DNA of 35,380 nucleotides from a bacterium (lineage in GTDB: Bacteria > Zhuqueibacterota > Zhuqueibacteria > Oceanimicrobiales > Oceanimicrobiaceae), in assembly GCA_046757025.1 (NCBI GenBank), contig JBHHXN010000041.1, positions 1 to 35,380 of the forward strand. The letters run 5' to 3'. A program made the position numbers and the translations under genes. Position 1 is the stretch's first letter; the number at the start of each line of letters is the position of its first letter. The notes beneath the pieces are model-generated. The model did not search any database and was not told the origin of the DNA. It was given only the letters and a program-made list of their open reading frames with translations. Below are positions 17,969 to 25,615 of this stretch, piece by piece.

Positions 17969-20461
17969 ATGTCCTCCAGAAAACATTTAACGTTTCAATC
18001 CAAAAAGCCAATTGTGACAGATATTTCTCCATTTATGACTGAGCTGCTGATTGACGAGGAAGATCAAGAAAATTCTGGCGGTCGAATTGGAGCGTTTAAT
18101 CAGAATCAAATAGAACGATCTATTCTTCCTGAACAGGCCTTCAAAGAGGAAGCGAGTACTGGCGCCGAATCTGACGAGTTTGACATTTCTGATGCGGAAT
18201 GGGATGACGAAGATATCATTGCTGATGAAATTATGGAAACAGAATATGCATCTGAGGATGACGACGATGACGAAATGGTTTCAGAAGGAAAGTGTTGTGA
18301 ACAATGCAGGGCTCGACAAAAAGAGGCAGAATATGAATATTTTTATGAAGATTTAGAAGATGAAGATTTGGAATCAGAGTACGACGATGAACATGAATTT
18401 TTTTCAGAAACTGACGTAGACCACCTGGATGAAGAACAGGATTGGGATGATGAGGATGAATATGAAGAAAACGAAAGTCTGGAGTATGATGAGTGGGAAT
18501 CCGAATTTGAAGAAGACGAACTTGAGGATTTGATTGAGGATCCGGAAGAATACTACGAAGAACTGGATGACGAGTTTTGGGAGGCTGAAATCCCTGCTGA
18601 AGCATTAGAGCAAGAAATTCATAACGACACTTTCACAAGAGTTCGTAATCAACGTAACGGCTTTCGAAGAGATTGGGAGATTGAAGCTGCAATGCAACTG
18701 CACTGTGACGATCAGACGCCACTCGATTATAAAGCGCTCTATGAACTGTTATCTGGCACTGGTCGCAATCGTCGCGAAGATTGCAATGATAATGATTGGG
18801 ATGCATTCAGGGACATGCGTCGATGTGCCAGTTGTGCTGCATTTACCAGCGGCTTCGGCTGGCGTCGCATGACCTGGGACAAAGACTCACATGCAATCCG
18901 TGAACAGTTCCCATACGTGTGGCTAACTGTCGAACCGCGTCGATACCGACGAAGAGAACAACGTCTCAATAGAAGGGTTGATTTCGCCACCGACATGATG
19001 GATGATTTCTACTTTGATGATGACCATTTCACTCTGTTCTGCAATAAATACCTGTTGCGAGGTCGCAAGCGCTGGGACAGTTGGCGTTGTAACGAGGCTC
19101 CTGATATCAGGCGCCTTCTGGTGGCCACCAAAAGGATAGAAGGAGTTGATCCTGATGGAATCAAAAAAGCGTATAAAGAAGACATACGATTAAACCGCGT
19201 CAGGCGAAGGCATCTCAGGGACCTGGTGCGAGATATCCAAAAGGGTCTGGTAGATTGGTCTCGCAGCAGGCGAGCGAGGCAGCGTAACTTTAGGGCGATC
19301 TTTCCAATCAGGCGCATGTACGAAACCTTGCAAAGGAGGGGCGTGTTCTCTGGATTTACCAAAGGGAACAATACACATGTACTGGACCTTAAACCCAAAG
19401 TTTTTATTCGCTCTTTGCGTTCTCGCTACCACTTGCGGGAGACTTCATTACGGCGTTTAGAAGAAATTCGTCTGTTGGGGATACGACGACTCCGAACCTT
19501 ACGAAATAACGCCAGAATGCGTTTGAGGGATAATACATTGAATCCAGCTTTACAAAACGTGGCTCAGAATTTTGTAAGAAAAGCAACGGGCTGTCTCAAT
19601 TACAGCCTGGTGACCTCCCGGGCACAGTCCCAATTGCAGGCGCTACGCTCTGGCAGGCAAATAACACGTAACCGGGTTAGGGCATTGCGCCCGCGAAGAC
19701 GTCCGCGTATCCGCCGGCATCGAGAGCTTCAAGAACGCAGGGTTATCGCGGAAACACTCAACAAGCTCTATCACGAACTGGCGATGGAAGCAAATAACAG
19801 TGGACTGTTAAATTCAATCTCAGGAGTATCAACAAATGGAGGGCAGTTTTGGGTCAGGCAAATCGAGGCAGCAGGTAGCGCAGGTCTCGGACTTTGGTTT
19901 GACCAGGCACGGGAACACTATGTGCCCCGCTCTGGACGTATCGTGCGTGACGATTTCTTGATTGACACGCTGGATGCCAGCGGCATGTTCACGCCCGATG
20001 CCTGGGCCTGTATTTCAGAGGATCAGCAAACTCACCAGGCGCAGCCGGACATAAACAAGCTATTCTACGCTTCCCTGACCAATGAGGTCCAAATTGAGCA
20101 GGGGCGAGAACGAGCTTTTCTGAGAACGATCGATAATTTGAAAGACCAAATCGCTCGGACTTCAAACTCAGGCAGAAGACAAAGACTACAAACCCGGCTC
20201 ACTGGTGCAAACTTCGTATTTGGAGAGTACCGGAAAGCATTGATAATGATCGCGAAAATAAAAGAAAACCAGATATTAAACGGCATCGATCGCGAAGTGT
20301 CGGCTGCTCGCAGAGCAGGGGAATCGGCGCCACAATGTCAGAATTGGGCCTGGAAGCCAGCAAAGCAAGGCAAAGGTGAGAAAGCCATGACTCTGCTCAG
20401 GCAGAAATTCGGGATTCAGTGTAAGTCAGGTGCGGCAGCGACAACCTCCACTTTTGTTTAA
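17969..20461 (+). CDS. Hypothetical 830-aa protein: SPF motif, ~215-aa Asp/Glu-rich leader, extremely Arg-rich body
   Basis: AAAGGTG RBS; composition of the translation. Confidence 0.8.
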   Translation: MSSRKHLTFQSKKPIVTDISPFMTELLIDEEDQENSGGRIGAFNQNQIERSILPEQAFKEEASTGAESDEFDISDAEWDDEDIIADEIMETEYASEDDDDDEMVSEGKCCEQCRARQKEAEYEYFYEDLEDEDLESEYDDEHEFFSETDVDHLDEEQDWDDEDEYEENESLEYDEWESEFEEDELEDLIEDPEEYYEELDDEFWEAEIPAEALEQEIHNDTFTRVRNQRNGFRRDWEIEAAMQLHCDDQTPLDYKALYELLSGTGRNRREDCNDNDWDAFRDMRRCASCAAFTSGFGWRRMTWDKDSHAIREQFPYVWLTVEPRRYRRREQRLNRRVDFATDMMDDFYFDDDHFTLFCNKYLLRGRKRWDSWRCNEAPDIRRLLVATKRIEGVDPDGIKKAYKEDIRLNRVRRRHLRDLVRDIQKGLVDWSRSRRARQRNFRAIFPIRRMYETLQRRGVFSGFTKGNNTHVLDLKPKVFIRSLRSRYHLRETSLRRLEEIRLLGIRRLRTLRNNARMRLRDNTLNPALQNVAQNFVRKATGCLNYSLVTSRAQSQLQALRSGRQITRNRVRALRPRRRPRIRRHRELQERRVIAETLNKLYHELAMEANNSGLLNSISGVSTNGGQFWVRQIEAAGSAGLGLWFDQAREHYVPRSGRIVRDDFLIDTLDASGMFTPDAWACISEDQQTHQAQPDINKLFYASLTNEVQIEQGRERAFLRTIDNLKDQIARTSNSGRRQRLQTRLTGANFVFGEYRKALIMIAKIKENQILNGIDREVSAARRAGESAPQCQNWAWKPAKQGKGEKAMTLLRQKFGIQCKSGAAATTSTFV

Positions 20462-20484
20462 AACAAAATTCACAAGGCAATTAA

Positions 20485-21759
20485 ATGCTTTCTGATAAAG
20501 AAGATCTCGATCTGAGCATAAAATTTGTTACTCCATTTCTCAATGAATCAATTTTCGATGAAGAAGAATATGAAAATCAGGTAATGTACAAGTACGAGCC
20601 TGACAATCAATATGAAAGCCAATCCCGGTCTGTAATCGAGCCTGCGGAAGAAGAAACTAGTGAAGCGGAGGCTGAAGAATATTATGAATTCGAAGATGGG
20701 TTTGATAATGAGTTTGTAGATGAGCAATTCGAAGAATACAAAGATGAATTCGAGGAATTCAATGAGGATTTTGATTATGAGGTGGAACTCCAGAGAGAGG
20801 ATTGGGAACAGGAATGGGCTGATTTCCAATTAGAAGATTCAGATTCGCTCAAAGAAGTCAAATCTACGATGCAATCTATTCTAAAAGCTAAAACACCGTC
20901 AGAGAAACGGATAAATCAACTAAAACAATTATTCGAGGAAAAGGTGCCACTGTTTGATTCCCGGTTGATCCTGAGGAAACTGATTAATAATACCAATGAA
21001 GGCCGGCTTCTTAAGAAGTGTGTTCCTCAATATTCTCCACGCCGCAGACTGCTTCGCCTCCTGTACTGGAGAACAAAAGGCGCAGACATTACGAAACGAG
21101 GGGAGATTTTCAGCAGAAGGCTAAAGAAATTACGGGCGAAAGAATCAACAAAGTTAATATGGCCCACGAAAAAGAAATACTGGAAAGAGATGACCGCGTA
21201 TGAAAAAAAAGTCATACGATCATCACATGCCAGCGCAACTATTAGAGCCGAAGCCATGCTAATCGCAGCTAATATTTATGCGAAGCAACTAGATACGCCA
21301 GCCGCCGCCAGCGTTTACTATGAGAAAGCAGTCGGGCTCATACGAAACGGGCAAGCCTATTCCTCATTGAGCGCCTCTGACAGAGAGCTCTTTATAAGGG
21401 AAATCACCTCACGAATCCAGATGATAAAGAAACATTTGTTGCAACAATCAGAAAAACCGACTGCAAGCTCCCTTGCTGAATGCCGAAGTGGTGCTGCCAG
21501 CGATTATTTTATGTCAGGTTATATGGAAGATGCAGTAGCCGTATTTAAAAGCATCTTGAAAATTGACGGCCTAAAATTAGATAATTTCGAAAGGCTACAT
21601 GCGTTGGTTAAACTGGGCGATTTTTACAAAGAATCTGTTCCTGCAGCGGCTTTGTATTATTATGAAAAATATCTTGAGTCAGGCTTGCTCCATGGTGATT
21701 CGAAACAATCTTTAAAAAAGGCAATAACTCGACTGAACAAGCGTGTTGACAGTCCATAA
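20485..21759 (+). CDS. Hypothetical 424-aa protein: TPF motif, ~120-aa acidic leader, basic middle, TPR-like C-terminus
   Basis: AASVYYEKAV, AVAVFKSILKI, ALVKLGDFY...AALYYYEKYL TPR-like helices. Confidence 0.75.
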   Translation: MLSDKEDLDLSIKFVTPFLNESIFDEEEYENQVMYKYEPDNQYESQSRSVIEPAEEETSEAEAEEYYEFEDGFDNEFVDEQFEEYKDEFEEFNEDFDYEVELQREDWEQEWADFQLEDSDSLKEVKSTMQSILKAKTPSEKRINQLKQLFEEKVPLFDSRLILRKLINNTNEGRLLKKCVPQYSPRRRLLRLLYWRTKGADITKRGEIFSRRLKKLRAKESTKLIWPTKKKYWKEMTAYEKKVIRSSHASATIRAEAMLIAANIYAKQLDTPAAASVYYEKAVGLIRNGQAYSSLSASDRELFIREITSRIQMIKKHLLQQSEKPTASSLAECRSGAASDYFMSGYMEDAVAVFKSILKIDGLKLDNFERLHALVKLGDFYKESVPAAALYYYEKYLESGLLHGDSKQSLKKAITRLNKRVDSP

Positions 21760-21785
21760 AGAAGCAATCAAGGATTATTGAAATT

Positions 21786-22892
21786 ATGCAAAAAAGTGAA
21801 TTTAGTTCGAGGCAGAAGCTGTCTGGAAATCCCTTCCTGCATGCTTTTGAAGCAATTCAGAATGAATCCATCGAACAACTTAATGATGAATATTATAAAC
21901 TCGACGATGAGTTTGCTGATGAAGGGTCAACTGGGAGAAAGGGGATATATTCGGAATCCCCTTTCATTGCGATGGTTCAAGAAGGAGTAGAGCTTGAATC
22001 AGAAGTGTTTGGTGCCAACCAAATGATGTGGGTGCGCAATCCCCTGGCAGTTCCGAATCGCTGGATCTGCCGTCTGGACATAAGATACGAAATCACACCG
22101 TGGAGTGGGGGGCGAAGGCTGCGGGGCTCCGGAAGAGGAACCGGTACTCTAATCGGGAACCGTCACGTTTTGACCGCGGCACATAACATCCAGATGTACG
22201 ATCCAGTACGTAAAAACTATCTCAGAGCTACCAGGATCATGGTCACACCGGCCCATAATGGCAGCACTTCGCCGCCAATTATGGGAGTAGAAGCAGATCT
22301 ATCCAGGTCAAGAACACCGCGAGGTTGGCAAGTGGCTCGTAGAATCGCTGCAAACGGTGCAGCCAATATGGCTGGAGAAGTCGCGACCAACCGCCACGAC
22401 TACGCGTTACTCACTTTGAGAAGGTCCATAGGACAAACGCAAGTACGAGTGCTGGGCAGTCGACTGGGCTACTGGGGGAACAACGGATCGAACGGTATAG
22501 CCCACTTTCGACGCCAGAATCCGACCGTTTTAAAAGACAACAAAGTCTTTGTCGCAGGCTATGGTTATGATAACTGTGTGAGGACGGTCCGCCGAGTGAC
22601 TGCAACTCCAGGAATCCCCCTGGGCAGTCAGTTAATTGCGTCGGGTCGGCTACGACTTTTCCGAGTCAGAGGTAAAAACAGCATCTTTATTGGTAGAAGC
22701 ATGGCCCACGACGTAGATACTTGCGGCGGTCAAAGTGGTGCGTCAGTCTGGATTGAGCGGAATGGAGTGTTTGACTTGGTAGGAATTCATACGGGTGCAG
22801 TCAGTCTCTCCAATGGTGTGCGAGTAAACCACACCGTCCGTGTCACCCGCGAATTTATGAGGAACGTTCGATATTGGCAAAGGCACACTTAG
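21786..22892 (+). CDS. Trypsin-fold serine protease, V8/glutamyl endopeptidase-like, with acidic pro-leader
   Basis: GTGTLIG, VLTAAHN (His), HDYALL (Asp), DTCGGQSG (Ser), VGIHTG; predicted mature start ELESE|VFG. Confidence 0.88.
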   Translation: MQKSEFSSRQKLSGNPFLHAFEAIQNESIEQLNDEYYKLDDEFADEGSTGRKGIYSESPFIAMVQEGVELESEVFGANQMMWVRNPLAVPNRWICRLDIRYEITPWSGGRRLRGSGRGTGTLIGNRHVLTAAHNIQMYDPVRKNYLRATRIMVTPAHNGSTSPPIMGVEADLSRSRTPRGWQVARRIAANGAANMAGEVATNRHDYALLTLRRSIGQTQVRVLGSRLGYWGNNGSNGIAHFRRQNPTVLKDNKVFVAGYGYDNCVRTVRRVTATPGIPLGSQLIASGRLRLFRVRGKNSIFIGRSMAHDVDTCGGQSGASVWIERNGVFDLVGIHTGAVSLSNGVRVNHTVRVTREFMRNVRYWQRHT

Positions 22893-22958
22893 GCTCCCCT
22901 GCTCCCCTCAATCGACAATTTTGTTTTAGCAAGCTGTTTAATCAATAAGAGGTCACAA

Positions 22959-23366
22959 ATGAAAAACAAAAATCTATCGTCAAGAATATTGACAACATTA
23001 TGTGGTTTGCTGACCGCAGTCTTGTTGATGGGCTCGCTTTGTACCAAGCCCATCGATCTGGAGCCATTCAAAGAACTAGCCCGAAATGCCGATTGTGCAG
23101 AGATCAGCAATCGTCTGTTTCTGATCGATAAGAAAATGGTATTCTGGGAGCGCCTGGGCAATTGTCCCGATAATAGTTTTGCGCAAACGCTTTACGGCAA
23201 AACGCCGGACGACGTATTGTGTTCGCGCTACGATTCCATCGGCGGTCCTCTGCAATCCTGCAACGATCAATCATACCAGAATATGTTTCAAACCATGGTG
23301 GATAACCTTAATCAACCTGATTTAGGACTTGGGCCAGGCCATGATGTTGAACCGATCTCATTTTAA
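22959..23366 (+). CDS. Small exported Cys-containing protein/possible lipoprotein
   Basis: MKNKNL + hydrophobic stretch ending GSLC; four further Cys; GAGG RBS. Confidence 0.7.
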   Translation: MKNKNLSSRILTTLCGLLTAVLLMGSLCTKPIDLEPFKELARNADCAEISNRLFLIDKKMVFWERLGNCPDNSFAQTLYGKTPDDVLCSRYDSIGGPLQSCNDQSYQNMFQTMVDNLNQPDLGLGPGHDVEPISF

Positions 23367-23406
23367 AGAATTTTTTTTGGTAACGCCTGTGTAGAATCAA
23401 ATCCCT

Positions 23407-23451
23407 GCCAGGATTCACCCCGAGTAATTGCAAGTGCGGGTGAATACTGGC
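23407..23451. terminator. Hairpin between convergent genes, possible bidirectional terminator
   Basis: GCCAGGATTCACCC/GGGTGAATACTGGC, 13/14 inverted match; 17-nt loop and no clear U-tract. Confidence 0.45.
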
Positions 23452-23474
23452 CAGTATCTCTGAATAAAATTTGG

Positions 23475-24494
23475 CTATGATGATGAAACTGGAATTTCAC
23501 CTTCTGCTTCATCACTTGCAGGCTTAAGTCGCACGGGTGGCGGATCCGCGATAGCTGTCAACAACTTGAGCTCACCGGTACGCATGCGGATCCAACCAGC
23601 AATCAGCACAATTCCTAGAATCATCGCCAATAAACCGAGCAGCCCGGCTTCCGGGCCAAAAACGCCGCCAGTCCAGATTTCGGGACCTCCCTGTTCGATG
23701 GCGGTGACCGTTGTTGGAAAAACGTTGGTGCCGCTGACCGGAAAACCAAAGACGTTGCCCTGAAAGAAATTCCAGGTGATATGCAAACCGATGGGGATGG
23801 CGAGGCTGCCGGTCAAGACGTAAGCCAGGCCCAGCATAATGCCGGCCATGGCAATGTTGACCGAACTTATGAGCGTGGCATTGGGATTGTTGGCGTGGGC
23901 AATTCCAAATACAGCCGAAGTCAGGAACCAGGAAATGAGTACCGCCCAGCGTGCATTGATAAATCGAAATTTGAGGCCTTCGGCTACATTCAGCAGCAGG
24001 TAGCCGCGGAACGTCAACTCTTCTGCAAAACCCACGCCGATATAAAAAACAAAGGCGGTAAGCATGGCCAGCAGAAAAGACTGATCCGGGTTGGGCATCC
24101 GAAACGTCTCGGAAATGGTGACCCAGCCAGCCATTCGCTCCACACCAAAAATGAGGGTCATGAGCACGGCTCCCAGAGCCAGACCAAATCCGAAATCCAC
24201 CCACCAGTTTTTAGAGGATTGTATGCCGGTTTCCGCAAACTTGCGCCGATCCAGCCAGCGAGCGCCCATCCAGATGGCGAAGATAATAAAAATATTCGCT
24301 TGAAGTTGTCCCCAAAAAGCGGGGGCATCCATTTTTAGCAGTGAAAACGCCATTCCGTTGACAACCATTAGAAGGAACGCAAAAAGAGCCGTTCCCAATA
24401 ATCGCCACAAGAGGCGCAAACGCCGTTCATCGGCATGCCAGAAGATAGCGGCGGCATAGCGAACGATGGCTTTTTTTTCAGTGGTTTGATTCAC
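23475..24494 (-). CDS. CPBP (Abi/CAAX) intramembrane glutamic endopeptidase
   Basis: AEELTFRGY, FGIAHANN, IGLHITWN, FGPEAG; multiple TM segments. Confidence 0.9.
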   Translation of the reverse strand: MNQTTEKKAIVRYAAAIFWHADERRLRLLWRLLGTALFAFLLMVVNGMAFSLLKMDAPAFWGQLQANIFIIFAIWMGARWLDRRKFAETGIQSSKNWWVDFGFGLALGAVLMTLIFGVERMAGWVTISETFRMPNPDQSFLLAMLTAFVFYIGVGFAEELTFRGYLLLNVAEGLKFRFINARWAVLISWFLTSAVFGIAHANNPNATLISSVNIAMAGIMLGLAYVLTGSLAIPIGLHITWNFFQGNVFGFPVSGTNVFPTTVTAIEQGGPEIWTGGVFGPEAGLLGLLAMILGIVLIAGWIRMRTGELKLLTAIADPPPVRLKPASDEAEGEIPVSSS

Positions 24495-24738
24495 AGCAGC
24501 TTATTTCCTTTCGAGTTGATTTAACATTCGTGATCTTGGGTTTGACCATTCCCCTGCTGAGTGGAATTCTTCGGAGACTTTTTCATTTGAAAAATTATTA
24601 ATGCTCTGCGATTCTTTCTCTTCATATCATTTTTTTTCGATATAAATCTCAGAATGCCATCCTCTTATATTTGCCGAATCGGGTGGAAAACCGCCTATCT
24701 CTTGACTCTGCTCGGTACAAATGAAAATCACATTCTCG

Positions 24739-25602
24739 TTAGTTTGAACAATATTCCTGTTTTTTTGCGGCAATGTTCAGCAGCTCATGTACTTTTTCCA
24801 GCATAGCGATTTGCCGCTGGAGATGCCCGTGCTGTGTTTCCACGTTGATATAAGGTATGTTTCGTTCACCACAGTAAACCGAAAGCGAGCCGTCGTCGGT
24901 GACCTGGTCGTTGTTCTGCAACACGACATTTTGCCCCTGGTTTTTAAAATATTCAAAAAAGGATTTCTTCGTCACAAAAAAGAAATCATCCGGATCCCTT
25001 TCTGGATTGGCGAAAGTCTTTTCGGCGTCTCGTTCATACACTCCGCCGGCTTGATAACTTTTGATGGAATATCCGTTCTCGCCGTTGTTGTGAACAGTAA
25101 CCATGCATTGTAATTCGTTTGCAAATAAAATTTGAAACAGATTACTTACAAACCGGGCAATTTCAGTGTGAGCCTCTTTGGATAATTTGCTGTGTCTGGC
25201 AAGCGTGCTGTCGATGCCGATTTCCGTGAAAATGCGGTTTGGGTCAAAAACATATTTCTGACTATTCAAAGAAAAAGTAATCAGACGCTCTCCCTTCGAC
25301 TGCAACTCTATGAGTTTGCCGCCAAATTTTTTCACAACTGATTTGGCGGCTTCCACCGCGGTGTTTTCATCGTCGTGCATGTTGAAATAAACCCGGCTGC
25401 TGCTACGTTTCTCAAAAATATCCACGTAGATTGCGGTCTCTCCAAGCCGGATTGGGATTCTTTTGGATGAAACTACGGACGCTGTTTTTTCACTTCCTGC
25501 ATTTTTCTGACTATCCTCCGTTGCGCGTTCACAGTTGAATTGAATCAACCCAATAATGAGAACAAATAAAAACGCTGCTATTGGAAATTTCATGCAATTC
25601 AT
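24739..25602 (-). CDS. Exported protein with Zn-carboxypeptidase/deacylase-like motifs
   Basis: NMHDDENTA, FDPNRIF, VHNN, YINVE; start moved to ATG 25602 (or 25593) to avoid overlap with the upstream gene; signal-like N-terminus. Confidence 0.6.
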   Translation of the reverse strand: MNCMKFPIAAFLFVLIIGLIQFNCERATEDSQKNAGSEKTASVVSSKRIPIRLGETAIYVDIFEKRSSSRVYFNMHDDENTAVEAAKSVVKKFGGKLIELQSKGERLITFSLNSQKYVFDPNRIFTEIGIDSTLARHSKLSKEAHTEIARFVSNLFQILFANELQCMVTVHNNGENGYSIKSYQAGGVYERDAEKTFANPERDPDDFFFVTKKSFFEYFKNQGQNVVLQNNDQVTDDGSLSVYCGERNIPYINVETQHGHLQRQIAMLEKVHELLNIAAKKQEYCSN

Positions 25603-25615
25603 GAGAAAAAGCATT

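Noticed and set aside
18170..18610. GAT/GAA-rich repetitive DNA as tandem repeat or CRISPR
   Set aside because: Explained by Asp/Glu codons; no fixed repeat-spacer period.
12771..22892. Assignment of the cluster to eCIS/T6SS, encapsulin or a known RiPP class
   Set aside because: No sheath, tube, baseplate, HK97 capsid, ATPase, radical SAM, YcaO or peptidase-ABC transporter motifs recognised in the window.
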